NCBI GenBank assembly: GCA_963840035.1
Contig: CAWIXE010000003.1
Span: forward strand, 288,001 to 352,000
Direction of reading: 5' to 3'
Length of the DNA: 64,000 nucleotides
DNA from: a candidate division FCPU426 bacterium
Lineage (GTDB): Bacteria > Oederibacteriota > PGYV01 > Palsa-1178
Positions within the stretch are counted from its first letter, which is position 1; each line of letters starts with the position of its first letter. The notes under the pieces are model-generated. The model worked only from the letters and a program-made list of their open reading frames with translations. It made no database searches and was not told the DNA's origin. Of the stretch, positions 39,344-49,026 are shown in pieces. The position numbers and the translations under genes are program-made.

Positions 39344-39800
39344 GTGTATTTAGCCTGGAGGCGGAATTTATTTAGGTGCTGTTTTGATTTAAGTACAGGT
39401 CGTGATGCCAGTCAGTTCTGAAATTCTATGGTGCCAAATTGGCACCTTAGAAAGCGTAACTTTGAATCATATATATAGCGACTTCAGACCGGAAAAAGGC
39501 GGGCGATTCGTGAATCGCCCCTACAAATAGAAAACAAAAGCAGATCAACTCAAATGCCGGGCGAATGATATTCGCCCGCTACAAATACCCATATTCCATA
39601 ATTGTAAATCGTAAATAGTAAATTGTAAATCCCCTCAGTGGTATGTTGTGGGAGGGATTTTACATAAATAAAACTCTGTTTTAACCCAAAATTAAATCTT
39701 ACCTTAAGTTAGGTTTCACGCACATTAAAAAACGCCTTAGAAATAAGGCGTTTTTTTATTTTGAATCCGTGGATAAACCTTAAAAATAGCCAAAATAGCC

Positions 39801-39863
39801 TTGACAGTGGCAGACAGGGGGTTTAGAATGTTCCAAAGTGGGAGAAAGTGGCAGATAGTGTTG
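39801..39863 (+). promoter_or_regulatory. dcw promoter with MraZ-box-like direct repeats
   Basis: TTGACA-N17-TAGAAT (39801-39829), then AAAGTGGGAG AAAGTGGCAG ATAGTGTTG at 10-bp period. Confidence 0.8.
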
Positions 39864-39922
39864 TTTATTGGCATGGAATGGCCCTTATTCCCTTAATATT
39901 TATATTATAACGAGGTGACACA

Positions 39923-40348
39923 ATGGTTATCAGGACCGGGTTTGTTGGGAGTTACCATCATAACCTTGACGTGAAGAACAGGGTATCTCTGCCTGCCAAG
40001 ATAAAAAAATATATCGAGGCTATGGCGTCAACCCCTGAACACGCTTCAATGATTATGCTTACCAAGGGAAAAGATGAATGCATAGAAGGATTCATGGTAG
40101 AGGACTGGGAACGCATGGTCAACCAGGTTGTGCAGAACATGTCATTTAAGCGCACGCCTGAGGCTGAGGAACTTGAGGAAGTGGCCCAGGGCGCTGACCA
40201 GATTACCATAGACAAGAGCTCCAGGATAATGCTGAACGCCGACTTAAAAAAATACGCGGGGATAGAAAAAAACGTCGTATTTATAGGATCAATTGACAGG
40301 TTTAAGATAATAAGCGCGGAGAAGTATGCGGAGAAGTATAACGGATAG
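39923..40348 (+). CDS. mraZ: Transcriptional regulator MraZ
   Basis: LDVKNRVSLP and IDKSSRIML (DxxxR) motifs; first gene of dcw. Confidence 0.9.
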   Translation: MVIRTGFVGSYHHNLDVKNRVSLPAKIKKYIEAMASTPEHASMIMLTKGKDECIEGFMVEDWERMVNQVVQNMSFKRTPEAEELEEVAQGADQITIDKSSRIMLNADLKKYAGIEKNVVFIGSIDRFKIISAEKYAEKYNG

Positions 40349-40561
40349 TGGGTTGTGAGTGGTAGGTAGTGAGTAGGAGGTAAGTTCTCGTAGGGGCGAG
40401 TCGGTGACTCGCCCGCAACGAGGGGTGTAAATGCGGCCTTAAGTACTAAGACTTAAGGCCGGGCGAGCCACCGGCTCGCCCCTACGAAAGCGAAAAAGGA
40501 AACGGAAATACCCGGGAGGCCCAGAGGGCCGCCGGAAACATAAAACGCGGAGGTACTGAGA

Positions 40562-40903
40562 ATGAGTTTGCAGACCGAATCGAAGAAGGTTGTAGTTCTG
40601 ATACTTAAAGGCAACATTGACATCGAGGACATGCTGGCTTTGAAGGGCATTATTACCACTTTCGTGGAAAAGGATAATTTCTTTTTTATCCTGGACTTCT
40701 CCGGGGTGGACCACATCAATGTGTCCGGTATTGAGTACTTAAATGAGCGCAAGGAACGCGCGCGTTCCTTAAACGGAGATATAAAGATAATCGGCTCAAA
40801 CGAATATGTAAAAAACCTCTTTTTATACGCCGGATATTGGGGCGAATTTGACTTCTTTGCCAATGAGGAAGAAGCCATAAAGTCATTTGAACATTTAATA
40901 TGA
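40562..40903 (+). CDS. STAS domain anti-sigma factor antagonist
   Basis: LKGNID, LDFSGVDHINVSGI, NEEEAIKSF. Confidence 0.8.
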   Translation: MSLQTESKKVVVLILKGNIDIEDMLALKGIITTFVEKDNFFFILDFSGVDHINVSGIEYLNERKERARSLNGDIKIIGSNEYVKNLFLYAGYWGEFDFFANEEEAIKSFEHLI

Positions 40904-41826
40904 GTTTTTCCCATACATCCGTCCTTTTAAAGGAAACGCTGGAGTTACTGGACTGCGGTAATAAAGGCGGGGTGTATGTGGACGCGACGCTCGGGTTGGG
41001 CGGGCACAGCGAGGCAATACTTAATTCCAACAGGAACTGCTCTTTAATAGGAATCGATACTGACAGAGGCAATCTGGAAAGCGCAGCGCAGAGGCTGAAA
41101 GTATTTGCGGATGAAAAAAGGTTCACGCCTGTAAAGGCGAACTTCAGGGACCTAGACGCCGTGCTAAAAGACCTGGGCATCCCGGCCGTAGACGGCATAA
41201 TCTTTGACCTGGGGGTTTCCAGCGCGCACTTTGACGACGCAAGCCGCGGCTTCAGCTTTTCAAAGGACGCCCCGCTTGACATGAGGCTCGATAACGAGCA
41301 GGAGCTCGACGCGGATTACGTGGTCAATAAGTACAGGGAAATGGACCTGGAGCGGATAATAAAAGATTACGGCGAGGATTACAAGGCGCGCAAGATAGCA
41401 AATTACATAGTAAAGAACAGGCCGATAAAGACGACGCTGGCCTTAGCCGAGATAGTAAAGGCGGCAAAGCGCGGGGTGAAAGAGCAGATAAACCCAGCAA
41501 CAAAGACCTTCCAGGCCATCAGGATAGAAGTAAACGGCGAGCTGGAAGCCTTAAAGACCGGACTCATAAAAGCGAAAGAAGCCTTAAAAAGCGGCGGCAG
41601 GATGGCGGTAATATCCTTCCACTCGCTGGAAGACAGGATAGTAAAGCAGTACTTTGTGAAGGAAAGCAACGACTGCATATGCGAGAACAAAAGGATGCCG
41701 TGTAACTGCGGACATCAGGCAAGCATAAGGCTGGTAACGAGAAAAGCAGTAATACCAGGAGAGGAAGAAACCCGGGAGAATCCGCGGGCCAGAAGCGCGA
41801 AGTTAAGGGCGGCAGAGAAGATTTAG
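40900..41826 (+). CDS. rsmH: 16S rRNA C1402 N4-methyltransferase
   Basis: HTSVLLKE, DATLGLGGH, DLGVSS, PLDMR, ISFHSLEDR, NPRARSAKLR. Confidence 0.97.
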   Translation: MSFSHTSVLLKETLELLDCGNKGGVYVDATLGLGGHSEAILNSNRNCSLIGIDTDRGNLESAAQRLKVFADEKRFTPVKANFRDLDAVLKDLGIPAVDGIIFDLGVSSAHFDDASRGFSFSKDAPLDMRLDNEQELDADYVVNKYREMDLERIIKDYGEDYKARKIANYIVKNRPIKTTLALAEIVKAAKRGVKEQINPATKTFQAIRIEVNGELEALKTGLIKAKEALKSGGRMAVISFHSLEDRIVKQYFVKESNDCICENKRMPCNCGHQASIRLVTRKAVIPGEEETRENPRARSAKLRAAEKI

Positions 41827-42044
41827 GTTGGCGGGAGATAAGAGCCTGGAGACAGGAGTAAGGCGGGAAGTAAAAGGTTCTCGTAGGGGCGAGTCGGTGA
41901 CTCGCCCGCAACGATGGAAGTATAAGCGGCCTTAAGCACAAAGACCGGGCGAGCCACCGGCTCGCCCCTACGAAGACGGATGCAAAAGCTAAACAGGTTA
42001 TAATTAGAAATCATAAATTAGAAATTAAAGGAGCCCTTAAAAAC

Positions 42045-42437
42045 ATGTACGAGAATTCGTCCCGGCGCAAGTTTCTTCGTATTCTTGACCCTAAGAATAC
42101 CCATGCCGGGCACCAGGCTCCCGAGGGCGTTGTGCCTTTGATAATCGGCGCGGTGGTGCTGTTAACGATGTGCGTGTTTTTCGCGAACCAGTCGGTAAAG
42201 TACAGCTATGAAATGAGCGACCTTACAAAAACGAGGGACAGGCTGAAAAGCCAGAAATCCATAATGGAAGTCAAGCTCCAGGGCATGATGTCCGACGAGC
42301 AGGTGGCTGAAGTGGCAAAGAAACGCTACGGCTTTAAGGAAGCCGAGCGCAAAGAAGTAATAGTGGCGGACGCGTATAACGCGTCGCTTTTTGACAGGAT
42401 AGGAAGGATTTTCGGCGGAGGAACGTCGGACAGGTAG
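42045..42437 (+). CDS. ftsL: Cell division protein FtsL-like
   Basis: Single TM plus coiled coil, VAKKRYGF; position between rsmH and ftsI. Confidence 0.7.
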   Translation: MYENSSRRKFLRILDPKNTHAGHQAPEGVVPLIIGAVVLLTMCVFFANQSVKYSYEMSDLTKTRDRLKSQKSIMEVKLQGMMSDEQVAEVAKKRYGFKEAERKEVIVADAYNASLFDRIGRIFGGGTSDR

Positions 42438-42640
42438 GCGTTTATTTTTGATCCCGTAGGGGCGAGTCGGTGACTCGCCCGCAACGAGGGAAGTAAAGGC
42501 GGCCTTTAGTTCTAAGGCCGGGCGAGCCACCGGCTCGCCCCTACGAGAACCAGAACGGAACGAAAGCAACGCAACAGCAAAACAAATAATAGCCCGCGGA
42601 TGAGAACGGGCTGATGTACCGCGATATCACGGAGAGTTAA

Positions 42641-44761
42641 ATGACTGACGGAAACGAAATAAACAAGCGCATAGAGTGGATGCTTACACTTGGCATAGTG
42701 ATGTTTGCCGTTTTCTTTGTGCAGCTTGTACTGCTTCAGGTATTCCAGTACGGCAAGTTCAAATCCATGGCGCAGAAGCAGCACCTCTCCACGGTAAAGC
42801 AGCAGCTCGGCCGCGGCACCATATACACCTCTGACGGAAAAAAAGCGGCCTTATCCATAAAATCATACTCCATTTCCGCGAACCCCAGGCAGCTGCGCAA
42901 CAAGCCGGTCACAGCCGCGTTTTTGGCAAAGCATCTTGGATTAAACTACGCCTCCATACTTTCAAAATTCAACCAGAAAAAGGAATTCGTTTACATAGCA
43001 AGGAAAGTTGACGCGGACAAGGCATCAGTAATAGTCGAGCGCGATATTGAGGGGCTCTCGGCCCAGGCCGAGGAAAAACGGTATTACCCTCTTAAGGAAA
43101 CAGCGGCCCACATAGTCGGCTTTACCGGGACTGACAACACAGGGCTGGAAGGCATAGAGGAATCATTTGAAAAATATTTGAAGGGAAAAGAAGGCTTTGT
43201 CCAGATAAAAAAAGACGCGAAGGGCAGGAAGGTCCTGCTCGACACGGTTGACATAAAAAAGGCCGAGGGCGGCGCGGACATTTATCTGACTGTCAACTCC
43301 ACCATCCAGTATTACGCGCAGCAGGAATTAAAGAACGCCGTTGAAAAATACAAGGGCAAAAGCGGCATGCTAATCTCCATGAACCCGGAGACCGGCGCCG
43401 TTCTTGCGCTTGCCAACTACCCGACATATGACCCCAATGAGTTCGGGGACTATTCGCAGGAGTCCAGGAGGAACCGGGCGGTAACTGACATATTTGAGCC
43501 GGGTTCGACCTTCAAGATATTCACCATGTCCGCAATCTTAAAAGAGCGGCCCGAGACTTATAACGAAAAAGTTTTCTGCGGCAACGGGCTGCAGCAGTTT
43601 TTTGACAGGAAAGTGCATGACCATGAAAAGCACGGCTGGCTGACCGTCCCGGAAGTCATGAAGTATTCGTCCAACATCGGCATGGTGGAACTGGCGCTCA
43701 GGGTCAAGGCGGACAAACTTTACAGCGAATACTCGGACTACGGCTTCGGCAGGCCCACGGGCTCGGATATGCCCGGCGAAGTTGGCGGCATCTTAAGGCC
43801 GGTTTCAGAGTGGGACAACACCACGCTCACATCCATACCGTACGGCCAGGAAGTAGCCGTAACCGGCATGCAGATGATGCGCGCGTACGCGGCGCTGGCA
43901 AACGGCGGATACATGGTGACCCCGTACGTCGTTGACAGGATAGAAAAGAACGGCAGCACCGTGTACAGGCATAAATCAGGGGACAGAAAAAAAGTGGTTG
44001 ATGACGGATTAAGGAAAAAACTTGTGACCATGCTTGAGATGGTAACGGAAAAAGACGGCACAGGCAAGAAAGCGGCTTTGACCGGATACCAGGTGGCAGG
44101 CAAGACGGGAACGGCACAGAAGCATAACCCGAAAGGCAAAGGCTACCTGGCAGGCAGGTACGTGTGTTCGTTCATCGGTTTTTTTCCCGCTGAAAAGCCT
44201 GAAGTTGTGACCATGGTCCTGGTTGACGAGCCAAGCGAGATATGGGCCTACGGCGGGGACGTGGCGGCGCCGGCATTTAAGAAACTCTCGAACGTGATGA
44301 TATCATACCTTAACATATTACCCGGCAAGGCCGGCGAGACTGTAGTGGCGCAGGAAAAAGCGCCGGAGGAAAAGCCCAAGGAATCCAGGCTCCCTGATTT
44401 TTGCTTAAAGCAGTACTCGGACGCGAAGAAGTTCCTGGCAGAGAACGAGATAAAGCACCAGCGCATAGGCTTCGGAAAGTACGTGATATCGCAGGACCCG
44501 CAGCCCAGAAAGACGGTTAAGGCCACGGATACGGTCTCGGTTTATCTGGGCGATGTGGACAGGAATAACCAGGTAAAAATATATATGCCCGACATCAGGG
44601 GCTGTACCATAAAAAAGGCCGTGGACATACTCGCGGTATACGGGTTGAAGGCCAAATGCTCGGGCAGCGGAGTGGCGGTCGGGCAGACGCCAAAGCCGGG
44701 CGTGGCGATAAAAAAGGGCGCGGAATGCGTCATAAACTTTGATTTCAAAGACAGGACGTAA
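42641..44761 (+). CDS. ftsI: Class B PBP (FtsI) with two PASTA domains
   Basis: RGTI, KRYYP, EPGSTFK (SxxK), SSN, KTGT; ISQDP and VGQTP PASTA motifs. Confidence 0.93.
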   Translation: MTDGNEINKRIEWMLTLGIVMFAVFFVQLVLLQVFQYGKFKSMAQKQHLSTVKQQLGRGTIYTSDGKKAALSIKSYSISANPRQLRNKPVTAAFLAKHLGLNYASILSKFNQKKEFVYIARKVDADKASVIVERDIEGLSAQAEEKRYYPLKETAAHIVGFTGTDNTGLEGIEESFEKYLKGKEGFVQIKKDAKGRKVLLDTVDIKKAEGGADIYLTVNSTIQYYAQQELKNAVEKYKGKSGMLISMNPETGAVLALANYPTYDPNEFGDYSQESRRNRAVTDIFEPGSTFKIFTMSAILKERPETYNEKVFCGNGLQQFFDRKVHDHEKHGWLTVPEVMKYSSNIGMVELALRVKADKLYSEYSDYGFGRPTGSDMPGEVGGILRPVSEWDNTTLTSIPYGQEVAVTGMQMMRAYAALANGGYMVTPYVVDRIEKNGSTVYRHKSGDRKKVVDDGLRKKLVTMLEMVTEKDGTGKKAALTGYQVAGKTGTAQKHNPKGKGYLAGRYVCSFIGFFPAEKPEVVTMVLVDEPSEIWAYGGDVAAPAFKKLSNVMISYLNILPGKAGETVVAQEKAPEEKPKESRLPDFCLKQYSDAKKFLAENEIKHQRIGFGKYVISQDPQPRKTVKATDTVSVYLGDVDRNNQVKIYMPDIRGCTIKKAVDILAVYGLKAKCSGSGVAVGQTPKPGVAIKKGAECVINFDFKDRT

Positions 44762-46237
44762 ATGAAAAAACAAAAGTTAAAAGCGCTGCTAAGAGGCATT
44801 AAGGGATTAACTCTGCTGTCGGGCAGCATGGATACATACATCACAACTGTTGCCGAAGGCGCGTCATCGGCAAAGCGCGGCTCAATATTCTTCTGCGTTA
44901 AGGGAGTGGAAAAAGACGGTCATGACTACATACCGCAGGCATTAGCCGCGGGCGTGTCAGTGCTCGTGGTACAAAAGGATGTTAAGCCGGCAAAAGGCGT
45001 GACAATAGTAAAAGTCGACGACTGCCGCGAAGCCATGTTCACGGCAGTGGACAGGTTCTACAGCGCGGATAAAAAGAAAGTACGGATAACGGGAATCACA
45101 GGCACCAAGGGAAAGACCACGGTCTCATACCTGATAGAAGCATTAATAAAGGAACAGACCGGCAAAGACTGCGCCGTGATCGGAACGATTGGTTTTAAAG
45201 TCGGTAAAAAAGTTTATCCGGCCGACAATACAACACCGTCGAATATAACCATACACAAGTTAATAGCGGAAGCGGCAGGCAGAGGGATTAAAGACGTAAT
45301 AATAGAAGCTTCATCACACGCCTTAGACCAGGGCAGGCTGAAGAATATAAAGCTCGACGCGGCAGTAATGACAAACGTGACACGCGACCACTTTGACTAC
45401 CATAAGACGTATGAGAATTACCTTGCGGCAAAATTAAAGATGGTTTCAGAGTGCCTGAAAAAAGGCGGGCTGCTCGCGGTAAACGCGGATGATAAATCAG
45501 CGGCTGATTTCATAAGGGAAGGCAAAAAGAAAGAGGCAAATATAATTACATACGCAGAAAAGGCGAAGGCTGACTATAAGCTCCTGTTTTTTGACGTTGA
45601 CGTCAAGGGGGTTGATTTTGAAGTCGAATACGGCGGGAAAAAGCATTTGTTCCACTCGGGTTTAGTCGGAGAACATAACATATACAACATAATGGCCGCG
45701 CTTGCCGTGATGGATAAAAGGGTTTCCTTAAAATCCGCTGTAAAGGCTGTTAAGGAATTCAAGACCGTAAAGGGCAGGCTGGATAAGGCGTATGACGGGG
45801 AGTTTACCGTGCTTGTGGATTTTGCACATACTCCTGACTCGCTTGAAAAGATACTGATAGCCTTGAACCAGCTGAAAAAGGCGAGGATAATCACGCTCTT
45901 TGGCGCCGGCGGAAACCGCGACAAAGGCAAAAGGCCATTAATGGGCGCTGTGGCTGAAAAGCTTTCGGACGTGGTAATCGTGACATCGGATAACCCGAGG
46001 CACGAAAAACCTGAAGCCATCATAAAAGACGTAATGGCAGGCATAGTTGATAAGAAAAAAGCAATAGTCATAGCTGACCGCGGAAAAGCCATAAAAAAGG
46101 CCGTTGAGATAGCCAAAGAACACGACATCATAATACTGGCCGGCAAGGGCCACGAAGAGTACCAGATAATAGGGGACACTAAGTACCCGTTTAACGACGC
46201 GAAAGAGGTTAAAAAAGCGATAAGGGGCTTAAAGTGA
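44762..46237 (+). CDS. murE: UDP-MurNAc-L-Ala-D-Glu:meso-DAP ligase
   Basis: GITGTKGKTT, EASSH, DFAHTPD, DNPR (DAP-type), AGKGHE. Confidence 0.96.
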   Translation: MKKQKLKALLRGIKGLTLLSGSMDTYITTVAEGASSAKRGSIFFCVKGVEKDGHDYIPQALAAGVSVLVVQKDVKPAKGVTIVKVDDCREAMFTAVDRFYSADKKKVRITGITGTKGKTTVSYLIEALIKEQTGKDCAVIGTIGFKVGKKVYPADNTTPSNITIHKLIAEAAGRGIKDVIIEASSHALDQGRLKNIKLDAAVMTNVTRDHFDYHKTYENYLAAKLKMVSECLKKGGLLAVNADDKSAADFIREGKKKEANIITYAEKAKADYKLLFFDVDVKGVDFEVEYGGKKHLFHSGLVGEHNIYNIMAALAVMDKRVSLKSAVKAVKEFKTVKGRLDKAYDGEFTVLVDFAHTPDSLEKILIALNQLKKARIITLFGAGGNRDKGKRPLMGAVAEKLSDVVIVTSDNPRHEKPEAIIKDVMAGIVDKKKAIVIADRGKAIKKAVEIAKEHDIIILAGKGHEEYQIIGDTKYPFNDAKEVKKAIRGLK

Positions 46238-47625
46238 TATTAACTTTAAGCGAACTGTATAAAGTGTTTGGAAAGAAAATGGCTGTTAAGGACGCGAAAA
46301 TAAAAGGAATCTGCACTGATACGAGGAAGCTGAAAAAAGGCGAAGTGTTTTTCGCGCTCATTGGCGAAACTAACGGCCATAAATACGCCGGAGCGGCCTT
46401 TAAGTCAGGCGCAGCCGCGGTGGTTGTGGAGAAGTATGTAAAGGGAATTGATGAAAAGTTCCAGGTAAAAGTAAAGGATACGACAAAGGCTCTTTTAAAG
46501 CTCGCAGAGTATTACTTTAAAAAGTTCGGCAGCGTCAAAGCCGTCGCGGTGACAGGCTCAAACGGCAAGACCACGACCAAGGAGCTCCTGGCAGCCATGC
46601 TTTCGCAGAAGTATACGACCTTAAAGAGCGAGAAGAGTTTTAACAACAACATAGGGCTGCCGCATACGGTCTTTAACCTGGGACCGGAACATGAGGCGGT
46701 TGTATTTGAACTGGGCATGAACCATAAAGGCGAGATTAAAAACCTGGTATCGGCGATAAGGCTGGATGCCGCGATAATTACCAATGTCGGCAGGGCGCAC
46801 GTGGGGTTCTTTAAGGACGGCGTGAAGGGGATTGCTAACGCGAAAGCTGAAATAATGCAGGGGATTAAGAATGGCGGAGTGGTTGTTTTAAATAAAGATG
46901 ATAAGTTTTTTGAGTTTTTGACGGGGAAAGCCGTGGAGAGAGGACGAGACAGGAGACTGGAGACAGGAGTAGGGAAAGACGGAAACCTTAAGGTGAAAAC
47001 ATTCGGAGTTGTCAATGATGCGGATGTAAAAGTGGAATCATACGGGACTAAAGGCGGCCGGACAATGTTTAAAGTCAACTGCGTAAAGCCGGAACTTTCA
47101 ATGAGCCTAAAGGGTGAGCATAACTTAAGCAACGCGGCGGCGGCTATTGCGGCGGCGAAAACCTTCGGGGTAAGCGACGCGGGGATAAAGAAGGCTCTTT
47201 TGAAGTTCAGGATGGAAGGGTTCATGCGGTTTGAGGAAGTAAAGCTGGGAAACGGCATCACGGCCATAAACGACTGCTACAACGCCAACCCCGACTCTTT
47301 TAAGGCCTCGATAGAGACCTTAAAAAAGATGGGGACAAAAGGGCTGGTAGTTTTAATGGGGGACATGCTGGAGCTGGGCAAAGACGCGAAGAAGTTCCAC
47401 GAAGAAACAGGCAAAAGGTTCGCCGGGTTAAATATAAAGAAGTTCTTAATATATGGAAAGCACGCGGAAGACGTGAAAAAAGGCTACGGGCAGAAGGCCG
47501 AGACCTTTAAGGACAGGGAAGAGCTGAAGAATGCCCTGAAGCTGGCTGTTAAACCGGGAGATACAGTGTTTGTTAAAGGCTCACGGGGTAATAAACTGGA
47601 AGAGATAATTAAAGTTCTGAAATAA
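46234..47625 (+). CDS. murF: UDP-MurNAc-tripeptide:D-Ala-D-Ala ligase
   Basis: TGSNGKTTTKE, ELGMNHKGEI, DCYNANP, GDMLELG, KGSRG. Confidence 0.96.
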   Translation: MILTLSELYKVFGKKMAVKDAKIKGICTDTRKLKKGEVFFALIGETNGHKYAGAAFKSGAAAVVVEKYVKGIDEKFQVKVKDTTKALLKLAEYYFKKFGSVKAVAVTGSNGKTTTKELLAAMLSQKYTTLKSEKSFNNNIGLPHTVFNLGPEHEAVVFELGMNHKGEIKNLVSAIRLDAAIITNVGRAHVGFFKDGVKGIANAKAEIMQGIKNGGVVVLNKDDKFFEFLTGKAVERGRDRRLETGVGKDGNLKVKTFGVVNDADVKVESYGTKGGRTMFKVNCVKPELSMSLKGEHNLSNAAAAIAAAKTFGVSDAGIKKALLKFRMEGFMRFEEVKLGNGITAINDCYNANPDSFKASIETLKKMGTKGLVVLMGDMLELGKDAKKFHEETGKRFAGLNIKKFLIYGKHAEDVKKGYGQKAETFKDREELKNALKLAVKPGDTVFVKGSRGNKLEEIIKVLK

Positions 47626-47937
47626 GAAACCGTTCCGTGTAGAGAGCCGGCTTGCTGGCTCTCTAACGCTGGAGAGGGAGCAAGCCCCCTCTCTACAGAG
47701 TAACAGGATGGTGGTTTGCATCAGGTATGGTAGCCGCAGCCTTTGCCAGCGCAACACCGGCCTTTCGCAACCTGAAGGTTGCGGCTACCGGCGCTGAAAG
47801 GCCGGGCGAGCCACACGTTTTCGCTGAAGCTTCAACGTGCAAGGCCGGCTCGCCCCTACGAAGGCAAGGCAGGGCTTAATTAGAAATTAGGAATCAGAAA
47901 TTAGAAATTAAAAAAATGAAACGAGGTGCTGTGGAGC

Positions 47938-49023
47938 ATGTTTTACCACCTGATTTACCCGCTGCATATATACCTGTCGGGGTTGAATATTTTCCGTTAT
48001 ATAACTGTCAGGGCTGCTTTTGCCGCTATTACGGCTTTTGTCATAACCCTTTTAATAGGCAAAGGCGTCATCGCTTTGATGAAAAAGATGTCAGTTACCC
48101 AGGTCATCCGCGAGGAAGGACCAAAGGACCACTTGAGCAAGAAGGGCACGCCCACCATGGGCGGGCTCATGATGCTCATATCCTTTACCATTTCCATGCT
48201 GTTGTGGGGGCGTTTTGACAACAATTACGTTTACATAGTTTACTTCGCCACTTTCTGGTTCGCTTTTATAGGGTTCCTTGACGATTATTTAAAGCTGAAA
48301 GTCGGAACAAAAGGGCTTGCCTCAAAATGGAAGTTTTTGATGCAGGTGGCAGGCGGTTTTGTGGTTGTGGCCATGTACCTGCTATTCACGGAAAAAACAT
48401 TCGCGTATACCACGTTCATAAACGTGCCGTTCGTGAAAAACCCGGTGGAACTGCCGGTATGGCTCTACGTCATATTCGCCATGCTCATAGTGGCGGGGTG
48501 GTCCAACGCGGTTAACTTTACCGACGGCATGGACGGGCTGGCGAGCGGGCTTTCGCTTTTTGTATTCGCCACATTCGTGGTCATGTCCTATATAATAGGA
48601 AACATAAAGTTCAGCGAATACCTCCTTATCATGCACGTGGCAAAGGCGGCTGAGATAACTGTAATATGCTCGGCTGTGGTGGGTTCCCTGCTCGGGTTCC
48701 TGTGGTTTAACGCCTACCCCGCGCAGATATTCATGGGCGACATAGGCGCGCTGATGCTCGGCGGAGTCGTGGGGACTGTGGCCGTGCTGATTAAGCAGGA
48801 ACTTCTCCTCCTTATAGTAGGCATAATATTCGTGGCAGAGGTGGCTTCGGTCATCCTGCAGGTCGGGTCTTATAAGTTAACGGGCAAGAGGATATTTAAA
48901 ATGGCGCCGCTTCACCACCATTTCCAGCTGGCCGGCGTCTCAGAACCAAAGCTGATAATAAGGTTCTGGATAATAGCGCTTATCGTGCTTTTGTTTACTT
49001 TAAGCACGCTAAAGCTGAGGTGA
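47938..49023 (+). CDS. mraY: Phospho-N-acetylmuramoyl-pentapeptide transferase
   Basis: KKGTPTMGG, GFLDDY, NAVNFTDGMDGL, FMGD, APLHHHF. Confidence 0.97.
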   Translation: MFYHLIYPLHIYLSGLNIFRYITVRAAFAAITAFVITLLIGKGVIALMKKMSVTQVIREEGPKDHLSKKGTPTMGGLMMLISFTISMLLWGRFDNNYVYIVYFATFWFAFIGFLDDYLKLKVGTKGLASKWKFLMQVAGGFVVVAMYLLFTEKTFAYTTFINVPFVKNPVELPVWLYVIFAMLIVAGWSNAVNFTDGMDGLASGLSLFVFATFVVMSYIIGNIKFSEYLLIMHVAKAAEITVICSAVVGSLLGFLWFNAYPAQIFMGDIGALMLGGVVGTVAVLIKQELLLLIVGIIFVAEVASVILQVGSYKLTGKRIFKMAPLHHHFQLAGVSEPKLIIRFWIIALIVLLFTLSTLKLR

Positions 49024-49026
49024 CGG

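Noticed and set aside
39769..39777. DnaA box / replication origin
   Set aside because: Single one-mismatch box; no cluster and no dnaA context.
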